The position numbers and the translations under genes were made by a program. The notes under the pieces are model-generated. The model did not search any database, was not told the origin of the DNA, and saw only the letters and a program-made list of their open reading frames with translations. Below are positions 12,993-22,206 of a DNA stretch of 64,000 nucleotides, piece by piece. Source of the DNA: Bdellovibrionota bacterium (GTDB taxonomy: Bacteria > Bdellovibrionota_G > JALEGL01 > DATDPG01); NCBI GenBank assembly GCA_963668355.1, contig OY764265.1:512001-576000 (forward strand), read 5' to 3'. Numbering within the stretch: position 1 is the first letter of the stretch; every line of letters begins with the position of its first letter.

Positions 12993-14013
12993 GAATCAAT
13001 TTTCCCGTCGTTTGACCTGACTCCAGTGCGCGATGGGCCTCGGCAACCTGATCCATGGGAAATGCCGTAAACGGAAGAGGCGTGATTTTTTCTTCTTTAA
13101 GCCACGCATTGAGTTGGTTCATCGCTTCATTCAATAAATCTTTTCGTTCAAATAGAAATGAAAGGTTAAAACCTACGACACTCTTATTGTCCTGAGTCAT
13201 GTTGAGCGGATTGAGACGCAACGTTTTCAGAAACCCCGTCAACAATCTTACCCATTGAATCTTTCCCCCTTCTTGGGGAAAAAAGGTGTGAGCCCCGTAC
13301 ACCACCAACTTTCCGGTTGGACGCACCAGAGCGTAGCTTTCCTTGGTCGAAGATCCTCCATTGGCATCCAGCACGACATCAAACCCTTCCTTCGAAAGGT
13401 CTCTCGCACGCTCCCACCAATTCTCTTTTTCACGAACCAGCACATGCTTCGCGCCGTATCGAAGAGGAACTTCTGACTTATGTTCCCGGCCCACAATCGC
13501 CGTCACTTCGCAGCCTGCCAGGGTCGCCAACTGAACCAACGCACTCCCCACACCCCCTGCAGCCGAATGAACCAAGACCTTCATTCCCGATCGTAAAATA
13601 AAATGTTGAAACAAAGCATGATACGCCGTGATAAAGACCGTCGGAAAACCAGCCATGGACCGTACGGTTTGTCCGTCTGGCAAAGAGAAGACCTGATGTT
13701 CGGGGACATTCACATGACTGGCGTAACTTCCAAATCGCTTTACGCCAAATACGGGATCACCCACATCAAAACGCGCAACGTTTTTCCCGACCCCAACGAC
13801 CTTTCCTGCGAATTCAAAGCCCGGCGTGATGGGCCACCCCACATACTGCTTCGCCGATTCGTACAACCCCCATCGAATGATGCAATCGGCGTAATTCACC
13901 CCAATGGCTTGGGTTTCGACGCGAACCTCATTTTCTTTCAACGGTTCAAGTTCAAAATCTTCCACTCGAAGACGGTCATACCCGCCCGACTTATGAATTC
14001 TTACTCTCTTCAT
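12982..14013 (-). CDS. MDR-family NADPH:quinone oxidoreductase (VAT-1-like)
   Basis: GVNYAD, TPGFEFAG, VHSAAGGVG, TTGKLIL. Confidence 0.88.
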   Translation of the reverse strand: MKRVRIHKSGGYDRLRVEDFELEPLKENEVRVETQAIGVNYADCIIRWGLYESAKQYVGWPITPGFEFAGKVVGVGKNVARFDVGDPVFGVKRFGSYASHVNVPEHQVFSLPDGQTVRSMAGFPTVFITAYHALFQHFILRSGMKVLVHSAAGGVGSALVQLATLAGCEVTAIVGREHKSEVPLRYGAKHVLVREKENWWERARDLSKEGFDVVLDANGGSSTKESYALVRPTGKLVVYGAHTFFPQEGGKIQWVRLLTGFLKTLRLNPLNMTQDNKSVVGFNLSFLFERKDLLNEAMNQLNAWLKEEKITPLPFTAFPMDQVAEAHRALESGQTTGKLILIP

Positions 14014-15310
14014 TATTTTCCTCAGGCAAACCCCGTATCAACACGAACCCCACCAAAACAAATCCCAACAAAACCATAATTCCCACCCCCTGAGCCACCA
14101 AGGGTTCGGATCCGAAAACTTCCATCATCACATAGCTGCTCAAAGCCCAAATGGCCGGACCTGTCAAAGCTGAGAAACGACCCACCATGCCATACAATCC
14201 GAAAAACTCACCCACGCGAGCGGGAGGGGCCATGCGCAACAAGAGAGACCGATCGGCAGACCAAACCCCTCCCAACCCCAAACCGGCCAAAACCCCCACG
14301 ACATAAAGAACCTGAAGTGGCAAACCCAACCAGGCAATCGCAATCGCCAATAGGAAAGTTAAAATCCAGAGATAGAGCACCCAAACCAGTGTTCGCTTGG
14401 GTCCAAAACGATCCGTCAACCACCCCCACACAAAACCACCGGGGACAGCGAAGATGATTGCCGCCAACATGACCGCGTAAACAGCCTGTTCACCTGCGTT
14501 CTTCTCGAGTCCCGTTCCAAGCGCCACATTGATGCAAAAGAGCCCCATTACGGCAATCACCGTATTGATCGCATCCGTATAAAAGACACGCGCCACCAAA
14601 AACCGAAGCAGGCCCGGAAACTCCCTGGTGGCTTTGAGCGTTTGAACCGTTTGGCGAATCAACTCACCCACCGCTCGCCAACGAAACTTCTTGGGACGAA
14701 GGTTCTCTTTTTCTTCGACAAAGAGAAAACAGGGCAACGAAAACAATAAAAACGTTCCCGCAATGACCGTAAACAATGTCGGTTTATCCAGTTCCTTAAA
14801 CGCCAGTCCATATGAAATGGCGATCAAGGCCCCCAAATACCCGAGCCCCACCCCAATGCCCCCGATTCGACCCCGATTCTCTGGCGTACTCACAGAAGCC
14901 AAGAGGGAATCATAAAATTGAAGACCGGCATTATAACTTGCCAGGGCCACAACAAAGAGAATCAAAGCCCAAACGAACGGAAGATGCCCCATGATGCCCG
15001 TCGCCAACACGCAGATGCCCGTACTCACGACTAAAAAAGGCATGCGGCGTCTGGCGCGATCACTCAGTGCACCCAAAATGGGAGCCAAGAGAAAAATAAT
15101 CCCAAACGAAATGGACGTGAGAACCCCAAAGACTTTGTCGGCTTTTTCGGCTCCAACTTGCTCCCGAATCCACAGGGCAAAAAACAACGATTCGATTCCC
15201 ATCGAAAAAATGGTGTTCGCAATGTCGTAGAGCCACCAACTGCCTACGGGCAACCAGGGTTTACGAATCTTAGACCCCGAAATTTCGAACATACCGGCGG
15301 GATCATACAC
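13991..15310 (-). CDS. MFS transporter (ATG22/UMF1-like)
   Basis: SWWLYDIAN, GALSD, about 12 hydrophobic segments, EFFGLYG. Confidence 0.85.
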   Translation of the reverse strand: MYDPAGMFEISGSKIRKPWLPVGSWWLYDIANTIFSMGIESLFFALWIREQVGAEKADKVFGVLTSISFGIIFLLAPILGALSDRARRRMPFLVVSTGICVLATGIMGHLPFVWALILFVVALASYNAGLQFYDSLLASVSTPENRGRIGGIGVGLGYLGALIAISYGLAFKELDKPTLFTVIAGTFLLFSLPCFLFVEEKENLRPKKFRWRAVGELIRQTVQTLKATREFPGLLRFLVARVFYTDAINTVIAVMGLFCINVALGTGLEKNAGEQAVYAVMLAAIIFAVPGGFVWGWLTDRFGPKRTLVWVLYLWILTFLLAIAIAWLGLPLQVLYVVGVLAGLGLGGVWSADRSLLLRMAPPARVGEFFGLYGMVGRFSALTGPAIWALSSYVMMEVFGSEPLVAQGVGIMVLLGFVLVGFVLIRGLPEENNEESKNS

Positions 15311-15363
15311 GAAACCTCACCCCTTGCAGTTCCTGGGAGCATGAGCTAAAACCCGCGGCCAGC

Positions 15364-16353
15364 ATGAGCATCTTTGAGAAAATATCGAAAGGCACCCAAA
15401 AGCCCATGTTCATGGGGCCCATGGAGGGCATCACGGACCTTCCTTTTCGCAGCATCCTTAGAGAACATGGCTGCAATGTCATTTGTACGCAGATGATTCA
15501 TGCCGAGGCCCTTCTACACGGAAAGCCTGAAAAAATTGCCGAGGTCGCCACCATGAACGCTCAAGAACAACCCGTAGGGCTACAGCTTTGCGGCCCCACC
15601 TTTGAGGTGGTCGGGGAAGCGGCCAAGAAGGCTCAGAATTTGGGGGCCGCATTCATTGATCTCAATATGGGGTGCCCAGCCAAAAACGTCGTCAAAATCG
15701 GAGCAGGGGCTGCCTATATGAAAGCTCCGGAAAGAGCGGCTGCTTTGGTAAAAGCGGTGGTAGGCCGTGTGACCATTCCCGTTACCGTAAAGATTCGAGC
15801 TGGATGGGATGACGAACTCAAAACCGCTTTGGAAGTTGCCAAAGCCACACAGGAAGAAGGCGCTGCATTGCTTACGGTTCATGCCAGAACCCGGTCTCAA
15901 AGATTCAAAGGCCAAGCCGATTGGTCCCTCATCAAAAAGCTCAAAGAAACCTTATCCATTCCGGTCATTGGAAATGGAGATGTGTTCACGCCCGAAGATG
16001 CAGAAAAAATGTTTCAGGTCACTGGAGCCGACGGCGTGATGGCCGCGCGAGGAGCCCTTGGAAACCCATGGCTTTTTGAGGGAAAGCATCCAAATGTAGA
16101 GGACATTCAAAAAACCGTTCTCAAACATCTTCAACGACATTTGGATTTTTATCCGCGAAAAGAACTGGCGCTAAAAACGTTTCGAAAACACTTGGTGTGG
16201 TATACGAAAGGACTTCACCAAGCAGCTGAATTCCGCTGGAAAGTATTTAAGAAAGAAAAGCGCGAGGAAGTAATTGATATGATCAATGAGTACTTCCATG
16301 GCTTAAAAGACCGACAAACCACACGCAATCTTCCTGGCCCCTACCATCACTAG
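15364..16353 (+). CDS. dusB: tRNA-dihydrouridine synthase
   Basis: PMEGITD, DLNMGCP, TVKIR, VHART, NGD, ARGALGNPW. Confidence 0.92.
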   Translation: MSIFEKISKGTQKPMFMGPMEGITDLPFRSILREHGCNVICTQMIHAEALLHGKPEKIAEVATMNAQEQPVGLQLCGPTFEVVGEAAKKAQNLGAAFIDLNMGCPAKNVVKIGAGAAYMKAPERAAALVKAVVGRVTIPVTVKIRAGWDDELKTALEVAKATQEEGAALLTVHARTRSQRFKGQADWSLIKKLKETLSIPVIGNGDVFTPEDAEKMFQVTGADGVMAARGALGNPWLFEGKHPNVEDIQKTVLKHLQRHLDFYPRKELALKTFRKHLVWYTKGLHQAAEFRWKVFKKEKREEVIDMINEYFHGLKDRQTTRNLPGPYHH

Positions 16354-16368
16354 CCTCCTGTTGAAAAC

Positions 16369-16397
16369 TCCCCAAAGTGAACAGTTCATTTTGGGGA
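16369..16397. terminator. Long hairpin/palindrome between dusB and next gene (terminator-like or operator)
   Basis: TCCCCAAAGTGAAC-A-GTTCATTTTGGGGA, one G-T pair; weak U tract. Confidence 0.45.
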
Positions 16398-16418
16398 ATC
16401 TTCTGATATTTTTCCCAC

Positions 16419-17282
16419 ATGCGCATTCTACAACTTGTTCTCTTTCTCTCGATTACGCTCATTCATCTAAGCGCTTTAGCTACCCCTTGGCATGAAGCCT
16501 CCTCTTTCGCTCCGGTTGGAAAAAAGGTCGAACACCTTCTCAAGCAACACAAACCCTCCAAAATCCTTCTCGTCCTGGACATCGACAACACGCTCCTGGC
16601 CATGAACGAACCGTTGGGAAGTGATCAGTGGTTTGGCTGGCAAACCCAACTTCTACAAACGCCAATGCACGAAATGGAACAAGTGGCGTCTTCCTTCTCA
16701 AGCTTGCTGGACATTCAAAAAGAGCTTTTTGAGTGGGGATCCATGCGCCCGACAGACCCAAACGCTCCTAAAATTCTAGAAAAATTACAAAAACGGGGAA
16801 TTGCCACACTGGTTTTAACCTCACGTGGCCCCGTTTTGCGAAAAGTCACCCATCGTGAATTGAAAAGTAATGGATACGATTTTTCATCCACAGCACCCCA
16901 ACCTCGTTTTAAAGAAGAATGGTTACCCACAAACGGCAAAAACAGCCTTGCATTAAGCCCCAAAGAGGAACGAGCGTTTGGCATGGATTCACCCAGACCG
17001 GTCAGTTATTCCGAAGGGATTTTTCTCACTTCCGGGCAACACAAAGGAGCCATGCTTCGAGTTCTTCTCCACGATCTCAAGTTAGATCACGCGTTTAACG
17101 CCATTGTTTTTGTGGATGATCATAAAAGACATGTCACTCGGATGCTTGAAGCTTTTAAACTGATTCCGGACATTCAGGTGACGGCTTTTCACTTCATGGG
17201 TGAAAAATCCAACGTCGATTCATTCAATAAAAGCGACAAGAAAGAAGTTCACCGAGCGTTCAAAGCGTTTCAGAAAAAGTAA
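16419..17282 (+). CDS. Secreted HAD-superfamily protein (DUF2608-like)
   Basis: Signal peptide; LDIDNT, LTSRG, HKG, FVDD HAD motifs. Confidence 0.72.
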   Translation: MRILQLVLFLSITLIHLSALATPWHEASSFAPVGKKVEHLLKQHKPSKILLVLDIDNTLLAMNEPLGSDQWFGWQTQLLQTPMHEMEQVASSFSSLLDIQKELFEWGSMRPTDPNAPKILEKLQKRGIATLVLTSRGPVLRKVTHRELKSNGYDFSSTAPQPRFKEEWLPTNGKNSLALSPKEERAFGMDSPRPVSYSEGIFLTSGQHKGAMLRVLLHDLKLDHAFNAIVFVDDHKRHVTRMLEAFKLIPDIQVTAFHFMGEKSNVDSFNKSDKKEVHRAFKAFQKK

Positions 17283-17288
17283 TTCGCC

Positions 17289-18647
17289 CTAAACCGATGA
17301 TTCGCCATATTCAAACGCGAGGTTTTCAAAGCGTGTGTATTGGCCGAGGAAGGCCAGTCTGGCTACGCCTGTCGGACCATTTCGATGCTTGGCAATGATG
17401 ATCTCAGCGATACCCTTATCAGGGGTATCCTCGTTGTACACTTCGTCACGATAGATGAAGCCAATGATATCAGCATCTTGTTCAATTGCGCCCGATTCCC
17501 GAAGGTCTGACATATGAGGTCTTTTATCCTCCCGAGATTCGACGCCCCGGTTTAACTGAGAAAGGGCAATCACGGGGACATGTAGCTCTTTGGCCATGGA
17601 CTTCATGGATCGAGAGATCTCGGAAATTTCCCGTTCTCGGCTCTCGGACCGCCCACGACCGCTCATCAACTGCAAATAGTCCACAATGATTAAACCGAGT
17701 CCTCTCGAAGCTTTCAAACGCCTGCATTTGGCCCGCATGTCCAGCGTTCCTGATTGTGCTGAGTCATCGATGAAGATCTTGGCTTCCGAAAGTTCACCGG
17801 CCGCTTGCGTCAAACGCATCCACTCGTCTTCATCAATCAATCCCGAACGCAAACGCGAAGAATCAATCCGCGCATGGGAGCACAGTAAACGTGTCGCCAA
17901 CTGCTCTCGCGCCATTTCCAACGAAAAGATGGCCACGGGCGTTCCACAGTTCGTGGCCGCATGTTGGGCTAGATTCAAACAAAAGGACGTCTTTCCCATG
18001 GAGGGACGCCCCGCGATGATGATCAAGTCGGACGACTGAAGACCAGACGTCATCTTATCCAGCTCTCGAAAACCCGTCGGAAGTCCGGTAATCAGCTCTT
18101 TTCGCTCGTAGTTGTACTCGATTTGCTTAAAAGACTCTTTGATGACAGAGGACAGAGGAGCCAAAGAGTTCCGCGCTCTTCGCTCCGAAACTTCAAAAAT
18201 GACCTTTTCGGCTTCATCCAGAAATTCCGCAACATCTGCGCCTTCCTCATAACCATTCGTGACAATGCTTGTCGCCGCAGAGATCACCTCTCGCTGAACG
18301 GCTTTATCTTTCACGATTTTGGCATAGTGCATGACGTTTGCCGCAGTGGGAACAGCATCCACCAGCGTTGCCAGGTAACTCGCCCCACCCATCGATTCCA
18401 GTTTTCCGTCTTTCTTCAACTCATTGGTCAGCGTAACCAAGTCGGCCGGTTCGCTCCGATCTACCAACGATAAAACGGCATCGAAAATTTTTCGATTGGC
18501 TTCTTTGTAAAAGTCTTCGGGGCGAAGAACTTCGATCACCTCATGCACGGCTTCGTTGTCCAGGAGGATGGCCCCCAAGACAGACTGCTCCGCCTCCAAG
18601 TTTTGTGGAGGAACGCGATTTCCGAAGGAATGATTGCCGTTTGGCAT
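17289..18647 (-). CDS. dnaB: Replicative DNA helicase
   Basis: PPQNLEAEQSVLG, GRPSMGKT, DYLQL, DLRESGAIEQDAD, KHRNG; no intein. Confidence 0.98.
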   Translation of the reverse strand: MPNGNHSFGNRVPPQNLEAEQSVLGAILLDNEAVHEVIEVLRPEDFYKEANRKIFDAVLSLVDRSEPADLVTLTNELKKDGKLESMGGASYLATLVDAVPTAANVMHYAKIVKDKAVQREVISAATSIVTNGYEEGADVAEFLDEAEKVIFEVSERRARNSLAPLSSVIKESFKQIEYNYERKELITGLPTGFRELDKMTSGLQSSDLIIIAGRPSMGKTSFCLNLAQHAATNCGTPVAIFSLEMAREQLATRLLCSHARIDSSRLRSGLIDEDEWMRLTQAAGELSEAKIFIDDSAQSGTLDMRAKCRRLKASRGLGLIIVDYLQLMSGRGRSESREREISEISRSMKSMAKELHVPVIALSQLNRGVESREDKRPHMSDLRESGAIEQDADIIGFIYRDEVYNEDTPDKGIAEIIIAKHRNGPTGVARLAFLGQYTRFENLAFEYGESSV

Positions 18648-18657
18648 TCCGTTCTAT

Positions 18658-19107
18658 TTATTGCGCTTCGGCAACAACTTCAACAGAGATTTTGGCCTCT
18701 AAATCCCCATCCAATTTGATGGGAATTTCGTATTGCCCCAACTTCTTGATTGGATCAGCCAACTCAATGCTTCGACGGTTGATCTTGATATCTTTCTCGA
18801 TCAACGCTTTTTCGATATCCATGGTGGTCACCGAACCAAAAAGTTTTTCGCTCTCCCCAGCTTTCTTGGAGATCGTAAACTTCTCACGACCCAGAGCATC
18901 CCGAATGTCTTCAGAAGTTTTTCTAGCCTTCTTCATGCGATGTTCCATCAGCATTTGTTGGTGAGCCACCTCTTTTAAGTTTCGCGCGCTTGCGGCCATA
19001 GCCTTCTTGCGTGGGAACAAAAAGTTTCGAGCATATCCGGATCGAACGGAAACGATTTCTCCAACTCGACCCAAATTATCCATCGTTTCTAAGAGTACGA
19101 CTTTCAT
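18658..19107 (-). CDS. rplI: 50S ribosomal protein L9
   Basis: MKVVLL...LG..GEIVSV..GYARNFL, LFGSVT; GGAGG RBS and ATGA overlap at 19104-19107. Confidence 0.96.
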   Translation of the reverse strand: MKVVLLETMDNLGRVGEIVSVRSGYARNFLFPRKKAMAASARNLKEVAHQQMLMEHRMKKARKTSEDIRDALGREKFTISKKAGESEKLFGSVTTMDIEKALIEKDIKINRRSIELADPIKKLGQYEIPIKLDGDLEAKISVEVVAEAQ

Positions 19108-19721
19108 GCTGTTTCCTCCCCTCGGGGAATCCAATTGTCTGTGTAAGGCAACAAAGCAATCTGACGAGCCCGCTTTAAAGCGGTGGCCAGTCGACGTTGA
19201 TAGAAAGCATTGCAACCCGAGCCTCGACGAGGAGCAATTTTACCCGCTTCGCTCAAGTAGCGAACCAAGGTTCCGGATTCTCGATAAAGAAAACTCAAGG
19301 TTGGATCCTCGATGCGAATGCCTCGGCGTCGATGGAAAGGTCCGTCAGATCCTTGATGATCGTCTCGGCCATAGCTTTCGTCGGAATCATCTTTGGATTC
19401 TTTTTTTAGATCTTCCTTTTTGGGGTTCACTTTCTTGTCCGAAACCACGACAGACATCCAGCGAAGAACGTTTTCTTCGTACCGGGCAATCCGTTCGATT
19501 TCGGCAGGAGCTTCGGATTCTTGGGTGTAGGACCAGAACATGTACCGACCTTTTTTCTCGTGCTTGATCGGATAGGCCAAACGTCGAAGACCCCAGTCTT
19601 CTTGTTTGGTGATGTTTCCAGGTTTTTTCCCGATGACCTTTTCAATTTTCTTGGTGAGTTTCCCAATATAATCGTCCGGCACATCGGCTTTCACAACCAG
19701 AACTGTTTCATAGTTCTTCAT
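19104..19721 (-). CDS. rpsF-rpsR: Fused 30S ribosomal proteins S6 (N-terminal) and S18 (C-terminal, no Zn ribbon)
   Basis: S6 motifs YETV, WGLRRLAYPI, VLR; charged linker; S18 motifs FHRRR, YLSEAGKIAPRR, QRRLATALKRARQIALLPY; no intervening stop. Confidence 0.9.
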   Translation of the reverse strand: MKNYETVLVVKADVPDDYIGKLTKKIEKVIGKKPGNITKQEDWGLRRLAYPIKHEKKGRYMFWSYTQESEAPAEIERIARYEENVLRWMSVVVSDKKVNPKKEDLKKESKDDSDESYGRDDHQGSDGPFHRRRGIRIEDPTLSFLYRESGTLVRYLSEAGKIAPRRGSGCNAFYQRRLATALKRARQIALLPYTDNWIPRGEETA

Positions 19722-19724
19722 ATG

Positions 19725-19768
19725 ACCTCCTCTTGGGTTTGCCCTGAAACACGTCCAGAGCGAGGGTT
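19725..19768 (-). promoter_or_regulatory. S6:S18 autoregulatory ribosomal leader RNA
   Basis: Minus strand CCCTC-GCTCTGGA-CGTGT-TTCAGGGC-AAACCCAA-GAGGAGG: upper stem, CC-containing internal loop, lower stem pairing the SD. Confidence 0.7.
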
Positions 19769-19791
19769 ATTGAAATAATGTGGTGGAGCTT

Positions 19792-20406
19792 CTAGCAGGA
19801 TTCGGTTCCGGAATCAAGCTCATTGGAAGAAGGGGGCTTCTCTTCCGGCTTCCTGTTCACCTGATTCATGGCCTGCACCATTCCCTCTCTCAAAAGAAGC
19901 TCCAGGGCATCTGCCCCTTTTTCAGCCCATTTTTGAAGCGAATCCTCTGGAATCGGCCTCAACACATGCTCGGACAAATCTTCATCCAGGCTCTTCCCCA
20001 CCCCCATGCGAAGACGGGGAAAATCACGCGTGGCCCATCGTTCAAAAATGGACTTCAGGCCTTTGTGGCCGCCAGCTCCTCCGCCTTGCTTAAAACGAAG
20101 AACTCCTGGGTCCAAATCGGCTTCATCATGAATTACGAGAACTTCGTCGGCTTCGGCCTTCATGGCTTTGGCCAACGGAGCCACGGAATTTCCGCTTAAA
20201 TTCATGAACGTGCCGGGTTTGGCCAACCATAGAGGCTCGTGGTCCCACTCCATTTGGAAAATTTTGGCTCGGAAATCTCGAACGATTTTAACGGACTTCT
20301 TGGGTTGACGACGGACAAACGTATCCACCACCCAAAACCCGATATTATGAAGCGTATTACGGTACTCCCCCCCGGGGTTTCCCAGTCCAACAATCAACTT
20401 GATCAT
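19792..20406 (-). CDS. pth: Peptidyl-tRNA hydrolase
   Basis: LIVGLGNPG, HNIG, FMNLSG, GGHKGL. Confidence 0.95.
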   Translation of the reverse strand: MIKLIVGLGNPGGEYRNTLHNIGFWVVDTFVRRQPKKSVKIVRDFRAKIFQMEWDHEPLWLAKPGTFMNLSGNSVAPLAKAMKAEADEVLVIHDEADLDPGVLRFKQGGGAGGHKGLKSIFERWATRDFPRLRMGVGKSLDEDLSEHVLRPIPEDSLQKWAEKGADALELLLREGMVQAMNQVNRKPEEKPPSSNELDSGTESC

Positions 20407-20442
20407 GCCACCCTCCAACTAACCATGGAGGTCACCAGAAGG

Positions 20443-21135
20443 CTACTTATCTTCAGAAGCGCCTTCTTTTTTCTCTTCGCCACCTTCAGCAGGAGCTGCG
20501 CCTTCAGCAGGAGCGGCACCTTCCGCAGCCGCTTCGAGTTCACCCTCAGCCGTAGCCGGTTTTTCTTCTTCGGCTGCTGGAGCCACAACGGCAGCAATCG
20601 TAAAGTTGGAACTTCCGGTATATTCCACGCCTTCGGGCAATTTGATGTCATTGACATGCAACGAAGAGCCCAGGTCCAACTCACTAACATCAATTTCCAC
20701 TTTTTCGGGAATACTGTTCGGCAAACAGCGAACTTCCATCACCCTTCGGCTTTGCTCCAAGATTCCACCCTCGGCAACGCCTTTTGCTTTTCCGATAAGG
20801 CTAATCGGAACGTTGACTTTGATGGCTTCATCCATGCGAATTTCAATTAAGTCTGCATGCATGTAATACCCTTTAACGGGATGCACTTGAGAGGCCTTCA
20901 CAACGGCCATTTTTCCATCCACATCTTTTAAATCCGATGCTCTCAGCGTCAGCAGGACATTATCCCCGTGTTTTCTCATCTTCGTGAACTCACGTGTCCC
21001 TACCGTTAACGCCACAGGCTCTTTCATATGGGGGCCATAAAAAACCACGGGCATTCTTTCGTCCGTGCGAATTTTACGGGCATTCCCTTTACCGAAATCA
21101 TTTCTAAGCTGTACTTGTAGTTCTACTTTTTCCAT
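20443..21135 (-). CDS. rplY: 50S ribosomal protein L25/CTC with Ala/Glu-rich tail
   Basis: GKGNARKIR, PVVFYG, HADL, GVAEGG; located between prs and pth. Confidence 0.95.
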   Translation of the reverse strand: MEKVELQVQLRNDFGKGNARKIRTDERMPVVFYGPHMKEPVALTVGTREFTKMRKHGDNVLLTLRASDLKDVDGKMAVVKASQVHPVKGYYMHADLIEIRMDEAIKVNVPISLIGKAKGVAEGGILEQSRRVMEVRCLPNSIPEKVEIDVSELDLGSSLHVNDIKLPEGVEYTGSSNFTIAAVVAPAAEEEKPATAEGELEAAAEGAAPAEGAAPAEGGEEKKEGASEDK

Positions 21136-21140
21136 TTAAA

Positions 21141-22088
21141 TTACTCCCTAACAAACAAAGAGCTCACGGAATCCTCACCGTGAATCCGGCGAATCGACTC
21201 GCCCAGAAGCCCAGCAACGGAAAACACCGTACATTTGCCCTTTTTCACTTTCTCCTCATCCAGAGGAATCGTGTCCGTCACGCCAATCCCAGAAATCTCC
21301 GAATTGGAAATACGATCAAGCGCTGGCCCCGATAACACAGGATGCGTCGCAAGGCCATAAACTTTTGTCGCTCCCCGCTCTAAAAGTTCAGGAACGGCTT
21401 GGGTAAGAGTTCCGGCCGTATCGATCAAGTCATCCACAATGATGGCCACCTTACCGCGAACATCCCCAATAACATTCATGACTTGCGAGACATTCGCCTT
21501 CTCACGACGTTTGTCGATGATGGCCAGTGAGGCATGAAACAGTTTGGCAAAAGCTCGGGCCCTTTCTACGCCTCCCGCATCCGGGGAAACGATGACCATC
21601 TCCTCGTCATTGGAGAATGTATCGGCGTATTTCATAAGCACCGGCGTTGCATACAGGTGATCAAAAGGAATGTTGAAAAACCCCTGAATTTGCCCCGCAT
21701 GCAGGTCCACAGAGAGAACCCGGTCGGCTCCAGCCGCTTCCAACAATTCCGCCACCAATTTGGCCGTAATGGGGGTTCGAGGAGCCACTTTCCGATCCTG
21801 TCGAGCATACCCATAATAGGGCATGACCGCCGTGATCCTTCTCGCAGATGCTCTTCGAACCGCGTCAATCATCACCAACAGCTCAATCATATGATTGTTG
21901 GCCGGTTGGCAGGTCGATTGAATCAGATATACATCTCGACCTCGAACGTTCTCTTTAATTTCCACGCTGGTCTCGCCATCACTGAACGTTTTGACATCCG
22001 CCTCGCCCAGAGGCAGACCCAAATATGCACAGATTTTTTTGGCTAATACCGGATTGGAATTACCCGCAAAGAGTTTCAGTTCACTCAT
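21141..22088 (-). CDS. prs: Ribose-phosphate pyrophosphokinase
   Basis: [41 protein letters not shown]. Confidence 0.97.
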   Translation of the reverse strand: MSELKLFAGNSNPVLAKKICAYLGLPLGEADVKTFSDGETSVEIKENVRGRDVYLIQSTCQPANNHMIELLVMIDAVRRASARRITAVMPYYGYARQDRKVAPRTPITAKLVAELLEAAGADRVLSVDLHAGQIQGFFNIPFDHLYATPVLMKYADTFSNDEEMVIVSPDAGGVERARAFAKLFHASLAIIDKRREKANVSQVMNVIGDVRGKVAIIVDDLIDTAGTLTQAVPELLERGATKVYGLATHPVLSGPALDRISNSEISGIGVTDTIPLDEEKVKKGKCTVFSVAGLLGESIRRIHGEDSVSSLFVRE

Positions 22089-22106
22089 CCCCGATCCCTT
22101 GGTTGG

Positions 22107-22181
22107 TGGCTGGGGCGGGAGGATTCGAACCTCCGAATGACGGCGTCAAAGACCGTTGACTTACCATTTGTCGACGCCCCA
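22107..22181 (-). tRNA. tRNA-Gln(UUG)
   Basis: Cloverleaf with TGGGGCG/CGCCCCA acceptor stem (U1:A72), anticodon loop CT-TTG-AC, TTCGAAT T-loop, encoded CCA; conserved ispE-tRNA-Gln-prs context. Confidence 0.97.
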
Positions 22182-22206
22182 ATGCCAAAAGTTACCGTTC
22201 AACGAC

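Noticed and set aside
19108..19215. N-terminal extension of rplI in the ORF track
   Set aside because: Overlaps S18 coding sequence; RBS and ATGA overlap support the start at 19107
19295..19372. Out-of-frame ATG (MAETIIKDL...) as a separate rpsR start
   Set aside because: Different frame, ends after about 25 codons and has no S18 motifs; the S18 motifs are in the S6 frame
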